Positions 47,496 through 55,309 of a DNA stretch of 55,309 bases are shown piece by piece (positions within the stretch are counted from its first letter, which is position 1; each line of letters opens with the position of its first letter). The position numbers and the translations under genes were made by a program. The stretch is from a virus (Duplodnaviria; Caudoviricetes): positions 1-55,309 of the IMG/VR virus record IMGVR_UViG_3300044518_000003. One strand, 5' to 3'. The notes under the pieces were generated by a model. It searched no databases. It saw nothing but the letters and a program-made list of their open reading frames with translations, and had not been told where the DNA came from.

Positions 47496-49183
47496 CGTTT
47501 TGCCTCAAAGACTGTCATCGAAATGGTTGCGTCCACAGCGCTGCTACCGCCATTGTTGATGAAGTTGGAATTGCCGTAGAGCGTGAGCGTGTGCGTGCCT
47601 GCAGAGAGTGTGCCCTGCCATGTCGTAAGGACCGGTCCTGGTGTGTTTGCATCGGTAGACACTCCGACAACACCTGTATCAGTGCTGCCATCGATTTTCA
47701 GTCCAATACTGAAGTCATTGCCTCCCGAACCCTGGTAGACGATCAAGCACTGACCGCCAGAAGCGGTGTAACTCGCAGTCCAGTTCCAGCCGCCAGATGT
47801 GTTGGAACCCGCTGTGGCCTGCCAGTTCGCCATCGTCGTGACAGCATTCGCACCGATCTTGGCGGTGGTCACCGTCAGGTCACCAATCACCGCAGCAGCC
47901 ACACTCAGGGTCGGCACACCATTGACGTTCTGAACAACAAACGGCTGCTGGCCGCTGTAACCGGGAAGCTGGACCGTGAACTTGTCCGCCCGCACGTTGA
48001 AACCAGTCGTGTTCCCATTGTTGATCAGGTTCAGGCCGGCAATGTAGCCATTGGTGTCCAGCGTTACTGCCCACTGGCTGTAGACCCCATTGAGAGACTG
48101 CTGCAGCGTGGTAATCGACGAAGAGTTGCTATTGACCGTGGTCGAGAGCGTACTGACCGAGTTCGCAGTCGCCGTGTCCGCTGCTGCCCGTGCAGTCTGC
48201 TCGGCAGTGATCGCCGCATTGGCCGAGCTCACCGAAGCCACCACCGAATCGATGCGATCGGACAGTGCACCATCGGCGTCGGCCCGAGCTGTCTGCTCCG
48301 TAGTCAGGTTCGCATTGGTCGAATCCAGCGATGCACTGACCGTATCGATGCGGGTAGACAGGGCGCTATCAGCATCCACCCGGGCCGTTTCCTCCTCCTG
48401 GATCAGGGCCGACTGGTTGTTGAAGGTGGCCGTCAGCGTGAGCAGGTTCGACGCATTCGACTGGTTGTAGGTTGAAAGCGCCGTCTGCAGATCCTGGATC
48501 TGAGCCAGATTCGAGCCAACGGAGGCTGTTACCTGGGTGATCTGGGTGGCCAGCGCCGTGTCCGCATCCGCCCGGGTCTGCTGCTCCTCCACAATGTCCG
48601 CAGTGTTCTGGGCGACATTGGCCACCACAACATCGATACGGTTGCTCAGTGCCGTGTCGGCATCTGTGCGGGCCGTCTGCTCCTCATTGATGGCCGCCGT
48701 ATTGCCGGCAGAGACAGCCACGGTCTGGTCGATGCGCAGTGAGATCGCACTTTCCGCCGTGGCCCGAGCTGCCTGCTCGTCCTGGAGTGCCGCCACGTTC
48801 TGGTCGATCCGGGCGCCTACCGTGGTGAGTGAGATCGCCGTCGAGTCGGTCTCCGTTTGCAGGGCTGCCTGCAACGAAGTGACCGAGGCCGTGACGATAC
48901 TATCAGCCAGCTGGCGGGCATCCACTTCGGCCTGAAGCACCGCCTGGGCTGCCGTAGTCGCAGTCGCCGTAGCGGTTTGCGTCACCGAAGCAATGAACGT
49001 GTCCTGTACTGCCTGGACGAGCAGATCCTTGTCTGCCTGGGTCAGACCTCCCGAATCGCCCTTGAAGTAGGGCGCAAAACTGGTATCCATGGTCGAACCA
49101 TCGGGTGCGACCAGCGAGATGACCAGGTTGGTGGCTGTCAGGGTTGCCGACAGATCCTCTTCAGAAACGGTCACATCGCTCAT
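47492..49183 (-). CDS. Tail fibre: coiled-coil shaft, DUF1983/gpJ-C-like domain and beta-sandwich tip
   Basis: 32-aa repeats; NGYIAG...F.VRADKF.V...PFVV; IGDLTVTTAKIGANAVT. Confidence 0.8.
   Translation of the reverse strand: MSDVTVSEEDLSATLTATNLVISLVAPDGSTMDTSFAPYFKGDSGGLTQADKDLLVQAVQDTFIASVTQTATATATTAAQAVLQAEVDARQLADSIVTASVTSLQAALQTETDSTAISLTTVGARIDQNVAALQDEQAARATAESAISLRIDQTVAVSAGNTAAINEEQTARTDADTALSNRIDVVVANVAQNTADIVEEQQTRADADTALATQITQVTASVGSNLAQIQDLQTALSTYNQSNASNLLTLTATFNNQSALIQEEETARVDADSALSTRIDTVSASLDSTNANLTTEQTARADADGALSDRIDSVVASVSSANAAITAEQTARAAADTATANSVSTLSTTVNSNSSSITTLQQSLNGVYSQWAVTLDTNGYIAGLNLINNGNTTGFNVRADKFTVQLPGYSGQQPFVVQNVNGVPTLSVAAAVIGDLTVTTAKIGANAVTTMANWQATAGSNTSGGWNWTASYTASGGQCLIVYQGSGGNDFSIGLKIDGSTDTGVVGVSTDANTPGPVLTTWQGTLSAGTHTLTLYGNSNFINNGGSSAVDATISMTVFEAKR
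48107..48778 (-). repeat. Seven tandem 32-aa (96-bp) degenerate repeats within the fibre gene
   Basis: EQTARADAD.ALS.RID.V.A....N.A.I.. recurring at exact 32-residue spacing. Confidence 0.85.
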
Positions 49184-49506
49184 GATGTCCTCTGGGTGCA
49201 GGCGTCGAGCACGTCAATCTCGATGGTGTTCGAGATCAGCACATTCCCTGCGGTGTCCGTGAGACGGACGTCCATCAGGTGCGGCATCACCAGCCACTTG
49301 ATCGTGTCGGTGGGGATTGCCGAGATGCTGATCTTCCCGGTGGCCGCATCGAGGATCGTGCACGTCAGCGACTGCACGAACTCGAAGTTGGTCTGGTTGC
49401 GGATATCCGCCTCCAAGGTGTAGCCATCGATCGGCCACGCCGCACCGTTGTTGGTGATCGAGCCAGAGAAAGAAAAGGTCTGCCCGCGCTTGAATGACAC
49501 TGCCAT
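49180..49506 (-). CDS. BppU-like beta-sandwich tail/adaptor protein
   Basis: FKRGQTF...IDGYTLEADIR...GKISIS...DVRLTD..G pattern; fibre context. Confidence 0.6.
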   Translation of the reverse strand: MAVSFKRGQTFSFSGSITNNGAAWPIDGYTLEADIRNQTNFEFVQSLTCTILDAATGKISISAIPTDTIKWLVMPHLMDVRLTDTAGNVLISNTIEIDVLDACTQRTS

Positions 49507-49766
49507 CAGACCACCTCCTTCACACCACGCCGAGCCAGTTTCTTCTGGGCATCGGCCAGCTGACGGGTGAGCTTTTCGATCGTCTCATTGGCCGCCGTCA
49601 GGCTCTGGTCCAGCTGCCTGGCGGATTCGGTCATGAGCTGCGCCTGTGCCTGGGCATCAGCGGCCTTTTGCACGGCACGATCGAGAAGCTCGCTCATCAG
49701 GTTGTTGCGCGCAGTTTCCTTTAGGTCTGCCAGGCGGCGCTGCATCGCCTGTTGTTGATCACTCAT
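49506..49766 (-). CDS. Small coiled-coil protein (possible fibre chaperone)
   Basis: 86 aa with heptad pattern, lying between fibre genes. Confidence 0.65.
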   Translation of the reverse strand: MSDQQQAMQRRLADLKETARNNLMSELLDRAVQKAADAQAQAQLMTESARQLDQSLTAANETIEKLTRQLADAQKKLARRGVKEVV

Positions 49767-49786
49767 ATCGGATCCAGTGAGAAGGG

Positions 49787-52700
49787 TTAGGCGATTCGCC
49801 GCACGACAATGCGGCCTGTTCGGGGCGTGCTCAACTGCAGCGAACCCAGCGAGTTCCAGAGCGTGGTGGTATCAGCCGGGAGTTGGGTATTAGCCGCCGC
49901 ACACCAGACCGAGGCACTCGTTTCCTCCTGAACGAGGGTGGCCGAGGCCAGTGCATGACCGATCACCGACTTGCACGCCGTCTTCGTGCTCACCAGCAGC
50001 CGGGAGAACGCCGAGAACTGACTGGGCAGACCGAAGCCATTCAGGAAGTTGCCGTTGCTCCAGAACTGGCCAGCGTAGGCTGTGTTGTTGGGGAGCAGCA
50101 CTTCACTCGTGCTGAAGGCGACATTGACCGGGGCGAACATCAGCACAACCTCATAGAGCTGGTTGTCAGCTGTGGCAATGTGCAGCGGAATGTATCCGGC
50201 GTTATTCACGTCGATCACTGCACCCTGTCCGACTGCCAGCACCGTGTCGGACGTCGCCGCCGTGTTGTTGATAAGACCCCCAGCGCCGGCGTCGATCGCA
50301 TTGGCCCCGCCCGTGCCCTGTACCGAGTGGATCCCAGTCCAGGTGCCCGCTGCCGGTTCCTGGCTGTTCAGGTAGCCGATTACCCGGTAGGAGCTATTGG
50401 CTGCCACGGCGGCCGCCGAATAGATGACCCCTGCCGAGTTCGACGCAGCGCTGATCGTCGTCGGGCTGATGAAGTTCGACTCGTCGAGCTGCATGCCACT
50501 CGCCAGGTTCACCACGCACAGCACCGGCACACCATTGTTCCAGGCTGCCAGCAGAGCCAGGGAGAAAGGAACGTTGCCTACCACGCCGAGTGTCGCCCCC
50601 TGCGGAATGACCAACGCCAGGTTGCCGATCACGTTCTGCTTCAGACCCAGCGGTGTGGCCGCATAGACACTGAGGCTCGGCCACTGCATCGGCCCGTTCG
50701 GCAACCACTGCACGTTGAGTGCGCCGCTGTCGGCCCAGGCTGCAACCTTCTGGAGCTGTGCCGGAATGGCTTCTGCAGACGGAATCGCATTGGCACCAGC
50801 GAACGCCTCCGGAGTCGAGACCGTACCACCTGCATTGAGTGCAATCGCCGTGTTTGCGGTCAGCTCGCCATTGACCGTGATCGTCCCGTCGAGCTCGGTT
50901 GAGAGAGCCAGCTTGACTGCATTGTTGAACGTGGCCGGCATGCCGAACACGGTCTCATTGTCGAACGCCACCTCATTGTTGAACTGCACCAGCCCATTGA
51001 GAATCAGCTCACCGTTGACCGTCACATCCCCGTCCAGCTCAGTAGGAGCCGTTGCCTTGAAGATGAGGCCATCGATATAGGTCTTGTTGTGCGACGTGAA
51101 GGACGCGTTGGAGACCACCGTGTTGTTGAACGTGGAGAGCGCATCGAACACCGTGAGGTTGTCGAAGGTCGTCAGGTTGTTGAACACGGCTTCGCCGTTA
51201 TGGGTCCAGGTGTTGTCACAGATCACCAGGCCCTGGAACTTGTGGTCGCCCTTGAAGAGTGCATCACCCCAGATCGTCCCTTCGAGCTGGGGGACCCAGA
51301 CCGAACGGAAGTAGAAGTAGAAGGCGCCTTTGTCCTCGACGAAGGCCTGCCAGCCTTGCTTGGGCGTGAAGAACTTCCAGTCTCCCGAGTGCGTGACTAG
51401 CGCCACGTTGCCATCCTCACCGGCCCACTCACCCGTTGCCCCAGTCGGGACGATGTAACGGTCACCGATACTGGGAGAAGCCGGGGGAGCCGTGACCGTC
51501 ATGGATGCCACCGACAGATGGGCGAGCGTATCCATCGCCTCGAGGTTGTCCTCGTAGGTCTTGGACCAGTTGGCCATACCAGCCACACCGGCGATCGACA
51601 GGCCAAGATTCAGGCCGAGGGTCTGCACCGCCCCACTGCCGCTGAGTGTCACCACATCAGGCGAGGACAGCGAATTGCTCTCGATGGTCAGCGTTCCAGT
51701 GCGTGCACCGAGTGCCGTGGGCGTGAACTGCACCTCGAGCTGGGCTGTGCCGCCGCCTGCCGCAACCGTGGCCGGAGTGGAACCAACGAGGGAAAAATCC
51801 CCATCAACGGTTACCTTGGAGATCTGCAGCACGTCCGAGCCGTTGTTGGTCAGCCGGAAGGCCTGCGTCGGCAGAGTGTTGCCAACCAGCCCGGTGCCGA
51901 AGGCCAGCTCGTACACCGACAGCGTGGACGTGGCCCCGAGATCGGGAGCCGGGTCACTCGCCGGCCCGAGTGCATTGAAGGCCTGGGCCTGCACCACAAT
52001 GCCCGGGTTGGTGTTGAACTGGTTGGCGCTTGAGAGCACCCCTTCGACCGTGCCCGTCGTGTCCGAGGCGTTCATCGCCCACAGGCTCGTCGAGATGTCG
52101 TTGGTGTCGCAGTAGGCCTGGAGCGCACCGACCCACAGCACATCGGTCGAACCTGCCGTCTCGAAGTTGCCGCCCCACTCGCCAATGAGGATCGGCGCGA
52201 TACCCTGCTTCGGGATGAATCCCCAGAAGGCGTCCCAGACGATCGGCATGTTGGCCGGGAAGTCCGCATCCGAGAGCCAGTCCTGACCGGCCTGCGTGTA
52301 CTCGTGCGGCGAGTAGACCAGCTTTTCCTGGATCGGAATCTTCACCGGGCGGGTGGCCACGCCAGCCAGATCCTGAGCGTAGACCGACCAGGACGTGTAG
52401 GCCTTGCCGGCGAACGGCACATCGCCCTTGGATTTGATGCCCTCGACGATGATGAGCACGTTCGGGTTGATCGCCTGAATGTCCGTGGCGATGCGCTCCG
52501 CAGCTGCCGGCCAGCCGGTAAGCGGATCATCGTCCCAGGTGCACGCATACGGCTCGTTCACCAGGTCGAAGCCACAGACCGTGGGCTCATTCAGGTAGTG
52601 CTGGGCGAGAAACTCCCACGCGGCGATGAGCTGCGCCTCGCTGCGCGGTTCGGCGGCCAGACCTGCCGTGTCGCCCAGGTCGCCCGGATCCATCGTCGTG

Positions 52701-53176
52701 TACCACTTGCCAATGAACCCCCGCTCATTGTCCGAGTTGGGCGATGAGCAGTGCATGTCGAAGAAGATCCGCAGCCCCAACTTCTTGCAGTAGGCCACCA
52801 CCTTGTCGAGCACTTCGATGGTCGTGATGACGTCGGCCGACGTGTTGTTGGCGCTCGGCGTGACTCCCGGCAGCAGGAAGTCCGGGTTGTAGATGCCCGA
52901 CATGGTGTAGCTGTCAGCCATCTTGCGACCCGGCCAGGTCACATCCTCACAGAGCGTGATGCGCATGCAGTTGAAGCCGAGCGAGGCCACCTGATCCAGG
53001 AGACCCTCGTAGACCACGCCATCGACGGTCACGGTTCGGTACGGACGAGACTCGAGACCGAGCCCCATGAGCACGTTCTCGAACCCGTACCACGCCACAC
53101 TTTTCAGGCGATACGGGGTGCCATCTTCATGAACCAGATGACCCCCGGAGGCCTTCAGCCACTGGAACTCGCTCAT
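49787..53176 (-). CDS. Fibre/spike protein with N-terminal GH5 endoglucanase, Ig-like (ASH-type) domain, DUF2793-like domain, hexad repeats and C-terminal domain
   Basis: WYGFE, GFNCMRI, DMH, GFDLVNEP (E208), LIIVEG, KLVYSPHEY, APILIGEWGG (E333); FTPTALGARTGTLTI; PPASPSIGDRYIV...W.G...W.FFTPKQGW. Confidence 0.9.
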   Translation of the reverse strand: MSEFQWLKASGGHLVHEDGTPYRLKSVAWYGFENVLMGLGLESRPYRTVTVDGVVYEGLLDQVASLGFNCMRITLCEDVTWPGRKMADSYTMSGIYNPDFLLPGVTPSANNTSADVITTIEVLDKVVAYCKKLGLRIFFDMHCSSPNSDNERGFIGKWYTTMDPGDLGDTAGLAAEPRSEAQLIAAWEFLAQHYLNEPTVCGFDLVNEPYACTWDDDPLTGWPAAAERIATDIQAINPNVLIIVEGIKSKGDVPFAGKAYTSWSVYAQDLAGVATRPVKIPIQEKLVYSPHEYTQAGQDWLSDADFPANMPIVWDAFWGFIPKQGIAPILIGEWGGNFETAGSTDVLWVGALQAYCDTNDISTSLWAMNASDTTGTVEGVLSSANQFNTNPGIVVQAQAFNALGPASDPAPDLGATSTLSVYELAFGTGLVGNTLPTQAFRLTNNGSDVLQISKVTVDGDFSLVGSTPATVAAGGGTAQLEVQFTPTALGARTGTLTIESNSLSSPDVVTLSGSGAVQTLGLNLGLSIAGVAGMANWSKTYEDNLEAMDTLAHLSVASMTVTAPPASPSIGDRYIVPTGATGEWAGEDGNVALVTHSGDWKFFTPKQGWQAFVEDKGAFYFYFRSVWVPQLEGTIWGDALFKGDHKFQGLVICDNTWTHNGEAVFNNLTTFDNLTVFDALSTFNNTVVSNASFTSHNKTYIDGLIFKATAPTELDGDVTVNGELILNGLVQFNNEVAFDNETVFGMPATFNNAVKLALSTELDGTITVNGELTANTAIALNAGGTVSTPEAFAGANAIPSAEAIPAQLQKVAAWADSGALNVQWLPNGPMQWPSLSVYAATPLGLKQNVIGNLALVIPQGATLGVVGNVPFSLALLAAWNNGVPVLCVVNLASGMQLDESNFISPTTISAASNSAGVIYSAAAVAANSSYRVIGYLNSQEPAAGTWTGIHSVQGTGGANAIDAGAGGLINNTAATSDTVLAVGQGAVIDVNNAGYIPLHIATADNQLYEVVLMFAPVNVAFSTSEVLLPNNTAYAGQFWSNGNFLNGFGLPSQFSAFSRLLVSTKTACKSVIGHALASATLVQEETSASVWCAAANTQLPADTTTLWNSLGSLQLSTPRTGRIVVRRIA

Positions 53177-53550
53177 GACACCACCAGGTTTGGCCGATAC
53201 GTGATGTTGCCGGTCGTCGCGTCACGGGTGACTGCCGGCTGGGTGAGCGTGACCACCGTGCCGTTGTCGCGAGAGTAGGTCACATGCCAGGCATCGCACA
53301 GGTCGGGGAAGGTCGTGTTGAACTTGTCAGCCATCCACGTCCCGATGTTGCCATCAGGCCATACGACGCCCTTCGAGGTCACCACACCACCGGCCTCTTC
53401 GACGTTGAACACCGAGACGTAGGCACTGGTGAGCGCCCAGCCGATCAGGTCCGTGGTCTGCGTGCTCGTCGAGGATGAGCCGTTGCCGCCACCATCCATG
53501 ACCCCACAGTAGGGCCGGCGATTGCGGTCCAGCGTGTTTCGCATGCCCAT
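53173..53550 (-). CDS. Hypothetical virion-associated protein (125 aa)
   Basis: TAATG coupling upstream and ATGA coupling downstream; VVWPDG...TQPAVTRDA. Confidence 0.7.
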   Translation of the reverse strand: MGMRNTLDRNRRPYCGVMDGGGNGSSSTSTQTTDLIGWALTSAYVSVFNVEEAGGVVTSKGVVWPDGNIGTWMADKFNTTFPDLCDAWHVTYSRDNGTVVTLTQPAVTRDATTGNITYRPNLVVS

Positions 53551-54260
53551 TATTTCCACCCGTTGCGTTCGAAGCGTTCGTTGGTCGTAGACAGGCTCGT
53601 GCCTACCAGATCCAGGGAGACAACCTCATTGCAGCACGCCTCGTACTGGTTCAGGTGGTCCTGGGCGTTTGCCATGGACTCCTGCGTTTTGATCTGGCCG
53701 TATGCCCGGTAGGCAATCCAGTTGCGCAGCGCCGGCACAAGCACATCGGGCAGCACGATCACCTGGGTCAGGTCAGCGAGCGTGAGCGGAACGTGCTTGG
53801 CCTGGTAAGCGATACTCAGCAGCTTGCCGCCGATCGGAGTCGGCACCTGGAGCATGTTCCCCTGCGGCGTGAACACGGAGAGCGGATCACCCTCATCGTT
53901 CAGCGGGAGCTCACGCCCGTAGCTGTCAAAGACATTGAGGATCTTGATCACGTCTTCCAGGAACAGGTCGTCCAGACCCCCCATGTCCATGATGTAGGAC
54001 GTGGTGTTGGGGTTGGATGCGGCCTGCGACTGGGCGTACTTCTGCAGCAGCCAGTAGGTCTGCTGGCCGTCGATCATCTGGATCAGGACGTCCTTTTCAC
54101 TCAGGACGAAGCGGGAGTAGAGCTTGATCAGCCCGTCATTGGCAAAGCGGATGATCCGCTCTTTCCCGGCGTCGGTAATGAGCCCCGTCCCCTCTTCCGA
54201 GAGGGCGAGACTCGACAACTCTCCATAGGAGAGATCTGCAAACAGATCGGAGATATCCAT
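53550..54260 (-). CDS. Head-tail adaptor/structural protein (N4 gp67-like)
   Basis: LSYGELS, LYSRF, DVIKILNV, PLND...SVFTP, F..NGW end; follows terL; GAGG SD. Confidence 0.88.
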   Translation of the reverse strand: MDISDLFADLSYGELSSLALSEEGTGLITDAGKERIIRFANDGLIKLYSRFVLSEKDVLIQMIDGQQTYWLLQKYAQSQAASNPNTTSYIMDMGGLDDLFLEDVIKILNVFDSYGRELPLNDEGDPLSVFTPQGNMLQVPTPIGGKLLSIAYQAKHVPLTLADLTQVIVLPDVLVPALRNWIAYRAYGQIKTQESMANAQDHLNQYEACCNEVVSLDLVGTSLSTTNERFERNGWK

Positions 54261-54268
54261 CCCCCACC

Positions 54269-55309
54269 TCACACGATGTAGTTAGCCAGCCCGCTTGGCT
54301 CGGACGCGTGATGCTCTTCCTCGTAGATTTGCACTTCATGGGGGGTAGCCGGAGCGGAGTCGCTCGGTCGCCACGGCTTGAGATAACCGAGCATCGACAC
54401 CGTGTCGATGAAGTCATCCTTGCCCTTGATACCCGACTGGGTGACCAGCTTGAGCTGGTTGGTGGCGAGGCCCATGATGATGCTGTGCTTCATCTCTTCC
54501 GGGAAGTACATCTTTCCGGCCTTGAACCAAGGAACAACAAGATTGAAGCGGGAGAGCTTGTCGGTGATTGGACGAATACCGGGGGAGTTTCCCTTCTCCG
54601 CAGACGAGGCGAAATTGAACCAGATGTTCCGGGTAATTTGCTCGCGCTGCAGCCAGGAAATGAATCCGCCCTGCTGGCCCGTGATCTCGATGCCTACCTG
54701 CTGCGGTTTATATAGCTGTACCAGGCGAAATAGATCATCGACTGTTTTGTCCATCTTCTGGCGTTCGATGATGCCATCGACCCAGAACCAGTCGCCGTTG
54801 GAATTGTACGCCCACACACTGATCACGGAGAAGTCTGCCGTCTGCTTTTCGCTCGTGGCAAAGTCGGTCGTGATGTAGAAGTTGAACGACCCCTTGTTCT
54901 CCAGCAGGTTGGTGCGCTTGTACCAGCGGATCTCCTCATCCTGGACGAGACGCTCTTCCTCGGACGTGATGCGCAGCATCAGTTCCTGCATGAAGGCAGC
55001 GACCTTGCCCGTCTTCACGGCCATGTCGTACTGGTCCTTCACATAGGTGTAGGTGAAGCGGTCCTCCCAGGCACCACAGAACTCTTCTTCCGTGCAGGGG
55101 AAGCGCTCACACACCGGCCACACGTTCACGTCCCAGGCGCCTGACTCGACTGCCTCGATCAGAATGTCGTCGGAGTTGAACGGCGTGCCATTGAACACCA
55201 CCTTACGCCGGGTTGGGTCCAGTGCATGGTTCACGCCCTTGTATACAGTGTCCTTGATCGCCTCCATCGCCGCCTTTGACTTGGCGTCGTCATCCGAGAT
55301 CAGGTCATC
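54269..55309 (-). CDS. terL: Terminase large subunit, C-terminal part (5' end beyond window)
   Basis: Frame open to window edge (DDLISDDDAKS); GTPFN, FMQELML, YITTDFATS, ADFSVI, KDDFIDTVS nuclease motifs. Confidence 0.95.
   Translation of the reverse strand, partial: DDLISDDDAKSKAAMEAIKDTVYKGVNHALDPTRRKVVFNGTPFNSDDILIEAVESGAWDVNVWPVCERFPCTEEEFCGAWEDRFTYTYVKDQYDMAVKTGKVAAFMQELMLRITSEEERLVQDEEIRWYKRTNLLENKGSFNFYITTDFATSEKQTADFSVISVWAYNSNGDWFWVDGIIERQKMDKTVDDLFRLVQLYKPQQVGIEITGQQGGFISWLQREQITRNIWFNFASSAEKGNSPGIRPITDKLSRFNLVVPWFKAGKMYFPEEMKHSIIMGLATNQLKLVTQSGIKGKDDFIDTVSMLGYLKPWRPSDSAPATPHEVQIYEEEHHASEPSGLANYIV

Noticed and set aside
48107-48778. 96-bp periodicity as CRISPR array or DGR repeat
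   Set aside because: Repeats are degenerate at DNA level and conserved at protein level inside a CDS; no reverse transcriptase or adenine-specific variant pair seen
1-55309. tRNA genes, integrase, introns/inteins, N4 vRNAP hairpin promoters and RNAP II genes
   Set aside because: None recognised by eye; early-region elements would be expected outside this window

Overview
About 55 kb of an N4-like (Schitoviridae) podophage genome with GC-rich codon usage. The + strand (162-20985) carries small accessory genes followed by the N4-type middle/replication block: rIIA, rIIB, HTH protein, NTP pyrophosphohydrolase, Dda-like helicase, family A DNA polymerase, PD-(D/E)XK nuclease, primase (DNS), AAA ATPase, SSB and RuvC-like resolvase, with a DUF2829/Tad2-like anti-defence gene inserted. 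A bidirectional terminator (21035-21064) separates this from the - strand late block: ~3660-aa virion RNA polymerase, ejection/structural proteins, major capsid protein, portal, an unusually large lysis cassette with a SleB-type endolysin, a tail/fibre module, adaptor and the 3' part of the large terminase. Most notable: (1) a 1129-aa fibre-like protein with an N-terminal, apparently intact GH5 endoglucanase (cellulase-type) domain fused to Ig-like, DUF2793-like and repeat domains; (2) an apparently circularly permuted lambda-type lysozyme in the gp51-like ejection protein; (3) a Tad2-like gene; (4) a recurring intergenic TAGA-N6-TTT motif, present as a long palindrome before the HTH gene. All family calls are from motif recognition and N4 synteny by eye; no database searches were run, and N4 gp numbers are positional equivalents.
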